The notes beneath the pieces were generated by a model that did not search any database, was not told the DNA's origin, and was given only the letters and a program-made list of their open reading frames with translations. This document shows, piece after piece, positions 1 through 10,071 of a stretch of 64,000 bases of DNA (the stretch's first letter is position 1; every line of letters begins with the position of its first letter). The DNA is taken from assembly GCA_001898725.1 (NCBI GenBank), contig MKUV01000008.1, forward strand, positions 42,211-106,210, read 5' to 3'. Both the position numbers and the translations under genes were made by a program. This stretch comes from Caedibacter sp. 37-49. Lineage in GTDB: Bacteria; Pseudomonadota; Alphaproteobacteria; Caedimonadales; Caedimonadaceae.

Positions 1-930
1 ACGATTTTCTAATGAAACTTCATGATATCGGCCTTGTCGACAATTATAATGCGTTTCTAAAGAAGGTGTCGCAGACGCTAAGACAATAGGAATATGATTA
101 AGTGAGGCACGGACAACAGCCATATCACGTCCTTGATAAATTGTTCCTTCATCTTGTTTATAGGTTTGCTCATGCTCTTCATCGACAACAATTAACCCTA
201 AATTAGAGTATGGGAGAAATAAAGCTGACCGTGCACCAATAATGACTTTGGCTTCGCCTTTGATAATTTGTTTCCATGTTTCTCGACGTTGAGCAGGTGT
301 TAAGAGAGAATGCCACAATGAGGGTTGAGCTCCAAATCTTTTTGTAAATCTTTCAATCATTTGGGGTGATAAAGAAATCTCAGGTAACAGCACAAGAGCT
401 TGTTTCTGACATCTTAAAACGTCTGCAACTAACTCAAGATAAACCTCTGTTTTTCCTGAACCTGTTACACCATCTAAGACAGAGACAGAATATCCTTGAT
501 CAAGTCGAAATTTAAGATCGTGATATGCAAGTTCTTGGGCAGATGAAAAATGAATTGGTGCGAAATCAGGATAAGGTGTTAAAATCTTATTTAATTTCTT
601 AGATTGGCGCTTTAACGCTTTAAAGACTTGCGGCACACTTAACATAAGTTTAAGCATGGCCCCTAAGGGTGTCAAAGTATAGTTTGCAACCCACTCAATA
701 AACTCTAAATTAACCCCTGGAATTGTCGGCAAATCAAACTTGTCATAAACTTGTTTAAGCGGTTTTGAAGTCTCAGCAAAATCGGAAATTCGCCAAATAA
801 CGCCGTAAAGCCTTCTTGAGCCAAATGGAACAAGCACGATATCACCAACGTCAACAGACATCCCTTCAGGAACGACATAATCATACACCTGACTTAAAGG
901 AACTGGTAAAAGAACACCTACTTTTTTCAT
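1..930 (-). CDS. priA: Primosomal protein N' helicase PriA, 5' part (runs off the window; not in the ORF track)
   Basis: Manual minus-strand translation from ATG at 930 (or 933): MKKVGVLLPVPLSQVYDY...DGVTGSGKTEVYL...LVLLPEISLSPQM...IIGARSALFLPYSNLGLIVVDEEHEQTYKQ...LASATPSLE. Walker A, DEEH and SAT motifs are present. Confidence 0.95.
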   Translation of the reverse strand, partial: MKKVGVLLPVPLSQVYDYVVPEGMSVDVGDIVLVPFGSRRLYGVIWRISDFAETSKPLKQVYDKFDLPTIPGVNLEFIEWVANYTLTPLGAMLKLMLSVPQVFKALKRQSKKLNKILTPYPDFAPIHFSSAQELAYHDLKFRLDQGYSVSVLDGVTGSGKTEVYLELVADVLRCQKQALVLLPEISLSPQMIERFTKRFGAQPSLWHSLLTPAQRRETWKQIIKGEAKVIIGARSALFLPYSNLGLIVVDEEHEQTYKQDEGTIYQGRDMAVVRASLNHIPIVLASATPSLETHYNCRQGRYHEVSLENR

Positions 931-1008
931 CATACTTTATAAGATATTTCTCTATCGCTTATTGCTTATTCCGATTATACTTCTCTCAAAAAATGAAAGG
1001 AACCTTAA

Positions 1009-1665
1009 ATGAATTTTTTCCTCGATAGCGCTGATATTCATGAAATTCGTGATCTTGCGGACTCAGGTCTCATCTCAGGTGTGACAACAAACCCTAGCCT
1101 AATTGCCAAGTCTGGCCAAGAGATTAAAAAAGTCATCGCTGAAATTTGCTCTATCGTTCAAGGTCCAGTAAGCGCAGAAGTCACAGCCACAACTTATTCT
1201 GAAATGTTGCAGGAAGCTAAAATCCTTACACAAATTAGTGAACAAGTGACCATAAAAGTTCCTCTTACTTTTGATGGTCTTAAAGCCTGCAAGACTTTAT
1301 CAGATCAAGGTACCATGGTTAATGTTACATTATGTTTTTCTGCAACGCAAGCCCTTCTCGCAGCACGCGCAGGAGCCACTTTTATATCGCCTTTTTTAGG
1401 ACGTCTTGATGATATCAGTATGGATGGATTACAGCTTATCCGAGATATCCGTCTTATCTATGACAACTACCCTGAAATCGAAACTGCGATTCTTGCAGCC
1501 TCAGCGCGCCATCCTTATCATGTTCTTGAAGTTGCTAAGATCGGTGCAGATGTTATCACACTTCCGGGAAAAACTTTCCGACAACTTTACAATCATCCAT
1601 TAACAGACCAAGGTTTAGAAGCTTTCTTAAAAGATTGGCAAGCAACAGGTCAAACAATTCTTTAG
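1009..1665 (+). CDS. tal: Transaldolase / fructose-6-phosphate aldolase family (short TalC/Fsa type)
   Basis: [20 protein letters not shown] (Schiff-base Lys), VNVTLCFS and [10 protein letters not shown] motifs; 218 aa. Confidence 0.92.
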   Translation: MNFFLDSADIHEIRDLADSGLISGVTTNPSLIAKSGQEIKKVIAEICSIVQGPVSAEVTATTYSEMLQEAKILTQISEQVTIKVPLTFDGLKACKTLSDQGTMVNVTLCFSATQALLAARAGATFISPFLGRLDDISMDGLQLIRDIRLIYDNYPEIETAILAASARHPYHVLEVAKIGADVITLPGKTFRQLYNHPLTDQGLEAFLKDWQATGQTIL

Positions 1666-1667
1666 GA

Positions 1668-2630
1668 ATGAATGTGGAGAAAAGATCCCCTCTCTTAGAG
1701 CCAGCATTTCAACATTTTATAGGTATAAGTTTACAGCCTTATATCTTTGAATGGCTTAACTGGCTCACAGTTGAAAAGAATGCTTCACCACACACAGTTT
1801 CAAATTACTGCCGTGATTTGGCATTTTTCTTTACCTTTTTATCGCAACACTTTCAAGAACTTATTACTTTAGAATTACTACAGAAGGTTGCTTTACAAGA
1901 TTTACGTGCTTACCTCACGCATCGCGTAAATCAAAAAATTTCTCATCGTTCAAATGCCCGCATGTTGGCTTCCATTCGCTCTTTTGTGCGCTATCTTCAT
2001 CGGCATTATAAATTTGAAAATCAGGCCTTTGAACGCATCAAAACCCCCAAACTTCCAAAATCTCTTCCTCGCCCCTTATCCACGAACGATGCGATAAATG
2101 TTATTGAAGCAGAAGCTTCTGTTCAAGAAGACTGGGTTATCGCTCGAAATCAAGCTTTGTTCGCTTTACTGTATGGAGCAGGTCTACGCATTTCTGAAGC
2201 CTTAAATCTGAATCAAGGGGATATCCAACAAAATCAATTAAGTTTAAGAATCAAGGGGAAAGGTAATAAAGAGAGACTTGTGCCATTGCTTCCTGAAGTT
2301 TTAAAGAAAATTAAAGAGTATCTTTCTTTATTTCCGTTTGCTTGCACCTCTAAAACCCCTCTTTTTGTCGGCGCTAAAGGAAAAAGATTAAACCCAGGAA
2401 TTGCACAAAAAGAACTACGTCAACTGCGGCTTGAATTAGGTCTTCCTGAATCTGCAACCCCGCATAGCCTGAGGCATAGTTTTGCAACGCATCTTCTTAC
2501 TTCTGGTGGCGATCTCAGGACAATTCAAGAACTTTTAGGGCATGTTTCTCTTTCAACAACGCAACGGTACACCGAAGTTGCGGATTCGAAGCTCATGGAG
2601 CTTTATGCTAAAGTTCACCCGCGCGCTTAA
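1668..2630 (+). CDS. xerC: Tyrosine recombinase XerC
   Basis: Intact catalytic set: GLRISE, KGKGNKER, HSLRHSFATH, LLGH, TQRYT. Housekeeping priA-tal context. Start moved from 1635 to the ATG at 1668, just after the tal stop. Confidence 0.88.
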   Translation: MNVEKRSPLLEPAFQHFIGISLQPYIFEWLNWLTVEKNASPHTVSNYCRDLAFFFTFLSQHFQELITLELLQKVALQDLRAYLTHRVNQKISHRSNARMLASIRSFVRYLHRHYKFENQAFERIKTPKLPKSLPRPLSTNDAINVIEAEASVQEDWVIARNQALFALLYGAGLRISEALNLNQGDIQQNQLSLRIKGKGNKERLVPLLPEVLKKIKEYLSLFPFACTSKTPLFVGAKGKRLNPGIAQKELRQLRLELGLPESATPHSLRHSFATHLLTSGGDLRTIQELLGHVSLSTTQRYTEVADSKLMELYAKVHPRA

Positions 2631-2673
2631 AAAGAATAAGTTACTTTCCTAATAACTTTAAAGTTCTTAATTC

Positions 2674-2702
2674 TTGACTTACCTTATTGTCATCTTTACA
2701 AT
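2674..2702 (+). promoter_or_regulatory. Sigma70-type promoter of the kinase-like orphan
   Basis: TTGACT(2674-2679)-N17-TACAAT(2697-2702), about 32 nt upstream of the ATG at 2735. Confidence 0.65.
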
Positions 2703-2734
2703 TAACTTATTAATTTATTAAAAGGTTTTATCAT

Positions 2735-3712
2735 ATGTACTTTAAGGCTATTGTTTTTGCTATTATTTATATGCTCTCTACTCAAAATGGATATTCTACT
2801 TACAAAGTAGAATGGGAAAGTCCAACTTTAGAAGCTGCAGATAAAGACCCTTGGAAACACTCTCTTCTTTCACAATTACCTACAGATTTCGTAACTCATC
2901 TAAAAGAAAAAAATCGCCAGTATTTTTCCTCAAATGAGGAAGTTCTAGCTTCTTTACAAATGATAAACTCCCAAGGTCAAGTAAGAGATGAGCTATCACC
3001 AAACATTATAGGAAGCTTTGTTTATAACCCGCGCCTTATTATAGGATCAGGAGAAGAAGGAACTGTCTATATAGCTCAGCATGTACTCACAGGTCGTTAC
3101 GCTTCTCTCAAAAAAACTAGCCGGAAAGGTGAATATGAGGCCTTTAAAAATCTTGAACGTTGTTATGCCTGTTATTCAGAGAAAAATAATTATTATTCAT
3201 CAACATATCATATTTTCAGACCCCTTGTTATTGGGCTTCCACTAATTACTTTTACATACGATCAAGAAAAGCTTGGAATGATAAGAAGCTATGATAAAAT
3301 TGTTTACAAAGATTGGAAATATAATATCAGTCTTGTGGATGCTTTCCTGACAGAATTTGAATATAACATAAAACATAGCGCCGGCCCCTATGAAGTTGAT
3401 AGCAATGCTATGTTTTTAATAGAAGAACCTGAAAAAAAGCCTTGTATTGTCTTTGTTGATCTAAACTCTGAACAATATAATAAAAATGATAATGATTTAG
3501 TCACTACTCAATTTTTTTATGTGATGCTTAGATTTCTTAAGTTCGAAATGACAGCAGAAACTTTGGCTTACCCAGAACCCATTAAACAATTTATAAAAGA
3601 AATTTTTCATAAAGACGATCTTTTCGTCTCTTTTACAAAGGTAAAAGAAGCTCGCAATAAGCTTGTCGAAAATATGAAAAATTTAGGATATCCCGAAATA
3701 GCTAAAATTTGA
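2735..3712 (+). CDS. Secreted orphan with a protein-kinase-like N-lobe (probable pseudokinase, candidate effector)
   Basis: Hydrophobic N-terminal signal-like segment. IIGSGEEGTVYIAQHVLTGRYASLK resembles kinase subdomains I-II; later VFVDLNS resembles the DFG region. Confidence 0.55.
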   Translation: MYFKAIVFAIIYMLSTQNGYSTYKVEWESPTLEAADKDPWKHSLLSQLPTDFVTHLKEKNRQYFSSNEEVLASLQMINSQGQVRDELSPNIIGSFVYNPRLIIGSGEEGTVYIAQHVLTGRYASLKKTSRKGEYEAFKNLERCYACYSEKNNYYSSTYHIFRPLVIGLPLITFTYDQEKLGMIRSYDKIVYKDWKYNISLVDAFLTEFEYNIKHSAGPYEVDSNAMFLIEEPEKKPCIVFVDLNSEQYNKNDNDLVTTQFFYVMLRFLKFEMTAETLAYPEPIKQFIKEIFHKDDLFVSFTKVKEARNKLVENMKNLGYPEIAKI

Positions 3713-3729
3713 GCTTTAGCAATATCTTT

Positions 3730-6564
3730 TTAAGAAACAGGTTCAAGATACTTTTTAAGGTACTTCCCTGTATAACTCTCAGGGATTTTGGCAAGCTCTT
3801 CAGGGGTTCCACTTCCAACGATGCGGCCCCCTTCATGCCCACCTTCAGGCCCCAAATCAATGACCCAATCAGCTGTTTTGATCACTTCAAGATTGTGTTC
3901 AATCACAATGATTGTATTACCTTGTTCGACCAAAGAATGAAGAACTTCTAAAAGTTTATTAACATCTTCAAAATGAAGTCCCGTTGTTGGCTCATCTAAA
4001 ATGTAAAGCGTTCGACCTGTCGCCCGTTTAGAAAGTTCTTTGGAAAGTTTAATCCGCTGTGCTTCTCCACCAGATAGCGTCGTCGCACGCTGACCAATAT
4101 GGATGTATCCTAAACCCACTTTTTGTAGCGTTGCGAGCTTGTCCCGTACTGATGGTGTTGCTTGAAAAAACTCAAGCCCTTCTTCAACAGTCATATCCAG
4201 AATATCAGCTATTGTTTTATCGCGATATTTTACTTCTAAGGTCTCACGGTTATAACGTTTTCCCTTACACTGATCACATTCAACATACACATCGGGCAAA
4301 AAATGCATTTCAATTTTTAGGACGCCATCTCCTTCGCAAGCTTCACACCGTCCGCCTTTAACGTTAAAAGAAAATCGTCCTGGTTGATAACCTCGTGCTT
4401 TGGACTCTGGTAAAGCCGCAAACCATTCACGAATCGACGTAAAGGCGCCAATATAAGTCACAGGATTTGATCGTGGTGTCCGTCCAATCGGCGATTGATC
4501 GATATCGATAATTTTGTCAATGGCTTCAAGCCCTTCAATAGCGGTATGCTCCCCAGGAAGATCGCGTGCCCCATGAAGTTGGCGCGCAATGGCCTTATAA
4601 AGCGTTTCAATAACAAGGGAAGATTTTCCACCCCCCGAAACACCCGTCACACAGGTGAGTGTTCCTAAGGGAAATTCAACACTGAGATTCTTCAAATTAT
4701 TTGCTTTAGCGCCTTTAACTTTCAAAAACTTTCCGTTCCCGGGACGGCGCTTAGTGGGTACTTCAATCGATCTTTTGCCTTGAAGATAAGCACCCGTAAG
4801 ACTTTTTGGATCCGCCATTACTGTCTCAGGTGTTCCTTGTGCAACGATTTCGCCGCCATGAATACCTGCACCCGGCCCCATATCAATTAAATAATCAGCT
4901 GCTCGAATGGTATCTTCATCATGCTCAACAACAATCACCGTATTATCTAAATCCCGAAGATGCCGTAACGTTTCTAAAAGACGATCATTATCACGCTGGT
5001 GCAGCCCTATGGAGGGTTCATCAAGCACATAAAGAACACCTGTCAACCCTGATCCAATCTGCGAAGCAAGCCGAATACGCTGACTTTCACCACCTGAGAG
5101 CGTGCCTGAGGAACGGGCGAGCGTAAGATATCCCAACCCAACATTATTTAAAAAGCCAAGTCGCTCATTAATTTCTTTTAAAATACGATGCGCTATTTCC
5201 TGTTGTTTTTGCGTTAGCTTTGGGGCAAGTGCTTGAAACCATTTCACGGCTTCAGCAACTGAAAGTTCGGTCACTTGCCCAATGTGTTTATCATTAATCT
5301 TTACCGAAAGAGCTTCAGGCTTCAAACGATAACTTTGACATGTTTCACAAGGACTACTCATCTGATAACGTTCTAGATCTTCCCGCCGAGAAGAACTTTC
5401 ACTCTCTCGATAACGTCTCTCAAGATGAGGAATAACACCTTCAAAAGGTTTTTTCTGTTGAAAAAATCGACTTCCATCCATAAGTGATAAAGAAATTTCT
5501 TTTCCTTTTGTGCCATACAAAATAGCAGTGCGCGTTTCCTCTCTTAACTGTTGAAACGGTGTATAAATGTCTTCTTTGAACGCTTTAGCAACAGATTCAA
5601 GTGTTTGTAAATAATAGGTAAAAAATGAGTTCGCCCAAGGCACAATGGCGCCTTGCTCTAGCGTCTTCATAGGATCTGGAACAACAAGATGAGGATCGAA
5701 TTGAATACGGGCACCCAATCCATCACATTCTGAACATGCGCCAAAAGGACTATTAAATGAGAATAGCCGAGGCTCAATCGCTTCAATCGTAAAACCTGAA
5801 GTGGGACATGCAAACTTCTCTGAAAACGTTAAGCGCTCTTCTGTATCAGCATTTTCAGCAAAAAGGATTCCCTCAGCAAGTTTCAAGCCGGTTTCAATGC
5901 TGTCTGCAAGACGCGTCGCTATGTCTTCTTTAATAACAACACGATCAACCACGATTTCAATATCATGCTTGATCTTTTTATCTAAGGCAGGCGCTTCTTC
6001 AATGGCGTAAAGCTTGCCATCAATTTTAACGCGCTGGAAGCCTCTCTTCTGCATGTCAGAAAGTTCTTTTTTATATTCACCTTTTCGACCTCGAACAATC
6101 GGCGCTAATAAAAGCCACCGGCTTCCTTCAGGACAACTCAACAGACGATCAACCATTTGCGATACAGTTTGGCTCTCAATGGGAAGGCCCGTTGCAGGAG
6201 AATAAGGGATCCCAATACGCGCAAAAAGAAGACGCAAATAATCGTAAACTTCCGTCACTGTTCCAACGGTTGAGCGAGGATTTTTCGAGGTCGTTTTCTG
6301 CTCAATTGAAATAGCTGGAGATAAGCCTTCAATTGAGTCGACATCCGGCTTTTGCATTAATTCTAAAAACTGACGCGCGTAGGCTGACAAGCTTTCAACA
6401 TAGCGCCTTTGTCCTTCGGCATAAATTGTATCAAAAGCAAGAGAAGATTTTCCTGAACCGCTTAAGCCAGTAATCACAACAAGTTTATTACGGGGGATAT
6501 CAACATCCACACTTTTTAAATTATGCTCACGCGCACCACGAATACTAAGGGTATTAAGAGTCAT
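3730..6564 (-). CDS. uvrA: Excinuclease ABC subunit A
   Basis: Two ABC ATPase modules ([34 protein letters not shown]) and zinc-finger Cys motifs. Start taken at ATG 6564; the ORF track begins at 6579. Confidence 0.98.
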   Translation of the reverse strand: MTLNTLSIRGAREHNLKSVDVDIPRNKLVVITGLSGSGKSSLAFDTIYAEGQRRYVESLSAYARQFLELMQKPDVDSIEGLSPAISIEQKTTSKNPRSTVGTVTEVYDYLRLLFARIGIPYSPATGLPIESQTVSQMVDRLLSCPEGSRWLLLAPIVRGRKGEYKKELSDMQKRGFQRVKIDGKLYAIEEAPALDKKIKHDIEIVVDRVVIKEDIATRLADSIETGLKLAEGILFAENADTEERLTFSEKFACPTSGFTIEAIEPRLFSFNSPFGACSECDGLGARIQFDPHLVVPDPMKTLEQGAIVPWANSFFTYYLQTLESVAKAFKEDIYTPFQQLREETRTAILYGTKGKEISLSLMDGSRFFQQKKPFEGVIPHLERRYRESESSSRREDLERYQMSSPCETCQSYRLKPEALSVKINDKHIGQVTELSVAEAVKWFQALAPKLTQKQQEIAHRILKEINERLGFLNNVGLGYLTLARSSGTLSGGESQRIRLASQIGSGLTGVLYVLDEPSIGLHQRDNDRLLETLRHLRDLDNTVIVVEHDEDTIRAADYLIDMGPGAGIHGGEIVAQGTPETVMADPKSLTGAYLQGKRSIEVPTKRRPGNGKFLKVKGAKANNLKNLSVEFPLGTLTCVTGVSGGGKSSLVIETLYKAIARQLHGARDLPGEHTAIEGLEAIDKIIDIDQSPIGRTPRSNPVTYIGAFTSIREWFAALPESKARGYQPGRFSFNVKGGRCEACEGDGVLKIEMHFLPDVYVECDQCKGKRYNRETLEVKYRDKTIADILDMTVEEGLEFFQATPSVRDKLATLQKVGLGYIHIGQRATTLSGGEAQRIKLSKELSKRATGRTLYILDEPTTGLHFEDVNKLLEVLHSLVEQGNTIIVIEHNLEVIKTADWVIDLGPEGGHEGGRIVGSGTPEELAKIPESYTGKYLKKYLEPVS

Positions 6565-6685
6565 TCTTCCCACATTCAAGCGAGTTAAACATTGAAGAGT
6601 TTAAGTCTTCCAATCAACCTACATATATTTTGTTACTATTGTCAAATCAAGCTAACAATTTAACAAATAGAATTTATGTAAATTT

Positions 6686-8509
6686 TTAATCTTCTTTATT
6701 GCGGCTTAACCGTTTACGTTCATTTGGATCTAGAAATCGCTTACGCAGGCGGATCGATTTTGGCGTAACCTCAACAAGCTCATCATCTTCAATATAAGAT
6801 AGTGCTTGCTCAAGCGTTAAAATTCTAGGCGGCGTAAGACGAATCGCCTCGTCTTTTCCTGCTGCACGCACGTTGCTAAGCTGCTTTGCTTTTAAGGGAT
6901 TCACCTCAAGATCTTGTTGGCGATTATTTTCGCCAATGATCATACCTTCGTAAACTTCATCGCCTGGATTAATGAAGAAAATACCTCGATCCTCAAGATT
7001 GAAGATCGCATACGCAACCGCTTTGCCCGCTCCCACTGAGATTAACACACCATTTCGATGCTGAACAATGGCACCTTTATAAGGTGCATAAGAGTGGAAA
7101 AGACGACTTAAAATACCTGTTCCACGGGTATCCGTCATAAACTCACTTTGATAGCCGATAAGACCGCGAGAAGGCGCATGGAAGGTGATTCTTGTTTTGC
7201 CACCACCTGAAGGGCGCATATCTTTCATTTCTGCTTTCCTAAAGCCCATCTTTTCAACAACGACACCAGAAAATTCTTCATCCACATCGATTTGAACTTC
7301 TTCAATTGGCTCAAGCCGTTGCCCTGTCGTTTCATCTGTCTTATAAACAACGCGTGGGCGGCTAATGGACAACTCAAATCCTTCACGTCGCATGGTTTCA
7401 ATAAGAATCCCTAATTGAAGCTCGCCTCGCCCTGCGACTTCAAAAGAATCTTTGTCTTCACTTTCTTTAACTTGAATAGCGACGTTACTTTCAGCTTCGC
7501 TTAAAAGACGATCGCGAATCATGCGTGACGTCACTTTTTTTCCTTCACGACCTGCCAAGGGTGAATCATTGATCGTGAACGTCATCATCAAAGTTGGCGG
7601 ATCGATAGGCAATGCAGGAATAGGATCCATTATTTCAGGGACACAAATCGTATCTGCAACCGTTGCTTGCTCAAGACCCGCTACAGCAATAATATCCCCT
7701 GCGAAGGCTTCCTCAACAGGCTCTCTTTTCAAACCACGGAAAGCCAGAATCTTTGTAAGTCGAGCATTTTCAAGGGTTTCGCCTGAGTTACGCAGTGCCT
7801 TAACAGGCATATTAAGACGTGCAACTCCAGTTTGCACACGACCCGTAAGAATACGTCCCAAATAGGGATCCGCTTCTAAGGTTGTCACGAGCATGGAAAA
7901 AGGTGCTTCTCGATCAACATTAGGTGCCGGAATGAAATCAACAATGGTCTCAAAAAGCGGCGTTAAATCAACACGTGGGTCTGTCAAATGACGAGCTGCC
8001 CATCCATCGCGACCTGACGCATAGATAACGGGGAAATCAAGCTGTTTTTCATTCGCGTCTAACATGACGAAAAGGTCGAATATCTCATTCAAGACTTCAT
8101 CAGCACGCGCATCTGGCCGATCTGCTTTATTAACAACAACGATAGGACGCAATCCCAATTTAAGCGCTTTCATCACAACGAATTTTGTTTGTGGCATTGG
8201 TCCTTCAGCCGCATCGACGAGTAAAACAACGCCGTCAACCATGCTTAAGATTCGCTCAACTTCGCCACCAAAATCAGCGTGTCCAGGTGTATCAACAATA
8301 TTGAGACGAACATCTTTCCATTCAATTGATGTACATTTTGCAAGAATCGTAATCCCGCGTTCACGCTCAAGATCATTGGAATCCATCGCACGCTCTGCCA
8401 CAGTTTGATTTTCTCGAAAAACGCCACTTTGACGAAAGAGACTGTCAACAAGGGTGGTTTTCCCGTGATCAACGTGGGCGATAATAGCAAGGTTGCGAAG
8501 TGGAATCAT
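6686..8509 (-). CDS. typA: Translational GTPase TypA/BipA
   Basis: AHVDHGKTT, DTPGHADFGGEVER, NKAD, GRGELQLGILIETMRREG and C-terminal EVTPKSIRLRK. Confidence 0.98.
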   Translation of the reverse strand: MIPLRNLAIIAHVDHGKTTLVDSLFRQSGVFRENQTVAERAMDSNDLERERGITILAKCTSIEWKDVRLNIVDTPGHADFGGEVERILSMVDGVVLLVDAAEGPMPQTKFVVMKALKLGLRPIVVVNKADRPDARADEVLNEIFDLFVMLDANEKQLDFPVIYASGRDGWAARHLTDPRVDLTPLFETIVDFIPAPNVDREAPFSMLVTTLEADPYLGRILTGRVQTGVARLNMPVKALRNSGETLENARLTKILAFRGLKREPVEEAFAGDIIAVAGLEQATVADTICVPEIMDPIPALPIDPPTLMMTFTINDSPLAGREGKKVTSRMIRDRLLSEAESNVAIQVKESEDKDSFEVAGRGELQLGILIETMRREGFELSISRPRVVYKTDETTGQRLEPIEEVQIDVDEEFSGVVVEKMGFRKAEMKDMRPSGGGKTRITFHAPSRGLIGYQSEFMTDTRGTGILSRLFHSYAPYKGAIVQHRNGVLISVGAGKAVAYAIFNLEDRGIFFINPGDEVYEGMIIGENNRQQDLEVNPLKAKQLSNVRAAGKDEAIRLTPPRILTLEQALSYIEDDELVEVTPKSIRLRKRFLDPNERKRLSRNKED

Positions 8510-8576
8510 TGTTTACCTAAAAATTGTTAAAAACTAATCCTATACCCTCTTATTTGTTTTAAGAGGATGTTTTATG

Positions 8577-8603
8577 TCCTGGCTCTCTTTTTGAGAACCA
8601 GGA
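8577..8603. terminator. Stem-loop between the lipoprotein gene and typA
   Basis: TCCTGGCTCTC-TTTTT-GAGAACCAGGA (one mismatch); a second hairpin CCTCTTA...TAAGAGG lies just to its left. Confidence 0.4.
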
Positions 8604-8618
8604 ATATTATCTTTATCC

Positions 8619-9236
8619 TTAATAACCAGTAACTGGGTCAGGCCTGTAGGGGGCTTGAGGATAATACGCAGTTGGTGCATGACGCGGCGCTGGATGATAC
8701 TGAGGCGCAGGGTGATACTGAGGTGCCGGCGAACTATCAGGAATAATCCGTGAACGGCCTTGCTGTCCTACAATGAGAAGCACGCGTTGACCAGGTGCAT
8801 ATTTTGTATCTTTGCCTTGGACAACTGTACGCATTTCACCATTGTTTAATTCGACAATGTATTCAAAGGCTGTTTGAGAACTGAGAGCTTTCTCTGCATA
8901 AGCGCCAGCAACTGCGCCTAAAAGTGCGCCTGCGGCTGTTGCAGCTGTATTGCCACCACCTTTACCAAACTGATTTCCAATAACACCACCACCAACACCA
9001 CCTGCAATGATACCGGTCGTGTTTTCTTGAAGCTTTTCAGCATTTGTGACTTCAATTTCACGCACACTTACGACAGTTCCTCGGAATGTTCGTGACGCTT
9101 CACCAACATGTGTATCTGAGTAAACATTCGAAGAAATCTCACGAGCACAACCAGAAAGCATTACCGCAGCAGAGCTAACCAAAATTAAATAAGCTGTCGA
9201 ACGAAATACAGCAGAATTCTTTTTTATATTAATCAT
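8619..9236 (-). CDS. Outer-membrane lipoprotein with glycine-zipper 2TM domain (SlyB/Pcp-like)
   Basis: Lipobox LSGC; GGVGGGVIGNQFGKGGGNTAATAAGALLGAVAG glycine zipper; C-terminal VVQ...PGQRVLL segment. Confidence 0.85.
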   Translation of the reverse strand: MINIKKNSAVFRSTAYLILVSSAAVMLSGCAREISSNVYSDTHVGEASRTFRGTVVSVREIEVTNAEKLQENTTGIIAGGVGGGVIGNQFGKGGGNTAATAAGALLGAVAGAYAEKALSSQTAFEYIVELNNGEMRTVVQGKDTKYAPGQRVLLIVGQQGRSRIIPDSSPAPQYHPAPQYHPAPRHAPTAYYPQAPYRPDPVTGY

Positions 9237-9362
9237 AATAACCTCATATGTTAATGGAACCAGTAAGGCTCTGTCTCAAAGAGACATAAGCTTTCTGCCA
9301 GATTTCCTAATTTTTTTCTACTTAAAAAATGAAGTGATATGGCCAAGTCCCTATTTTCATTT

Positions 9363-9391
9363 ATAGTAGCATTCTTGTTCTTTTTTTGCAA
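9363..9391 (-). promoter_or_regulatory. Sigma70-type promoter of the lipoprotein gene
   Basis: Minus strand TTGCAA-N17-TACTAT. Confidence 0.5.
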
Positions 9392-9512
9392 GAAAAAAAT
9401 GAAACATTTATCAAGCATTTATTTTTCAAGGAGTTATTTTAGGGGACGTCTATAAAATCCTTAAAATGTTTCATTTCTTTTCACAAGTTATTCATTAACA
9501 AATTGAATTTTC

Positions 9513-9541
9513 TTGATATTTGTATCAAATCATGATAGTAT
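9513..9541 (+). promoter_or_regulatory. Sigma70-type promoter pointing into the palindrome/GIY-YIG locus
   Basis: TTGATA(9513-9518)-N17-TAGTAT(9536-9541), overlapping a TATAAT at 9539-9544. Confidence 0.5.
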
Positions 9542-9547
9542 AATTAA

Positions 9548-9633
9548 AGATGATCAGAGAGAAAGTTCTTTCCTTACTAGGATGCGTGCCCTACTCCAGT
9601 AATTCTTTCAGCTTTCGCTATGGAGCCATCTAA
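9548..9633 (+). other. Candidate ~85-nt structured RNA or leaderless 27-aa ORF
   Basis: Starts where the upstream promoter predicts the TSS. Nested pairings AGATG/CATCT, GAAAGT/GCTTTC, TTACT.GGA/TCC.AGTAA. ATG 9550 to TAA 9633 encodes MIREKVLSLLGCVPYSSNSFSFRYGAI. Confidence 0.3.
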
Positions 9634-9795
9634 AAAAATAGTAAGATAGGAAGTCGACACCTAAATTATTAAAAAACAAACACTTAACGTTCATTTTTGA
9701 GCGAATGCTCTTGTTTTGCCTGGTGAAAAGGCAGAAAAAGGGAATGAAAAGCAACGGGGTAAGTGACTTTGAAAAGTTTTTCTTTGTTACTTTTG

Positions 9796-9917
9796 GATTC
9801 CCGCTTTCGCGGGAATGACACACGGGTAAACCTGTCTGTGCGTGAAGAGTACGGTGGGTGGTAGCGTGAGAAGGAGTTTGAAACCTTTCTAATGTCATTC
9901 CCGCGAAAGCGGGAATC
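9796..9917. repeat. REP doublet: perfect 25-bp inverted repeat with 72-nt spacer
   Basis: 9796-9820 is the exact reverse complement of 9893-9917 (TGTCATTCCCGCGAAAGCGGGAATC). Confidence 0.9.
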
Positions 9918-10071
9918 GAGGAAGCGTTGAAAGACATCCAATGGTAATGATCGACACGAGGAAAAAGATAACGCCTTTCTTCGTCATCCTTAGACTTGTC
10001 CCGAGGATCTCAGACAGCCAAAAGATGTTGCGAGGTGTCAGAAAAAACAAAAGGTTTAAAAGAGAAAACAG

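Noticed and set aside
816-1028. 70-aa + strand ORF
   Set aside because: Antisense to the priA start and overlapping tal; no coding signal.
1635-2630. xerC as a phage or island integrase
   Set aside because: Housekeeping priA-tal context, XerC-like size and motifs, no tRNA/att site or mobile cargo recognised. The adjacent orphan alone is not enough.
6580-6685. LexA (SOS) box upstream of uvrA
   Set aside because: No GTTC-N7-GTTC or GAAC-N7-GAAC match; the closest stretch (TAACAAAATATATGT on the minus strand) does not fit.
3709-8490. Short ORFs antisense to or nested in uvrA and typA (and similar ones in nusA, infB, gltX, clpB, the RND gene, capD, yhdP, hflK/C)
   Set aside because: Shadow frames of long, well-conserved genes, with no motifs or RBS support.
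9262-9296. Hairpin TGTCTC-AAA-GAGACA in the lipoprotein 5' region as a riboswitch
   Set aside because: Only a short stem is visible and no aptamer consensus was recognised.
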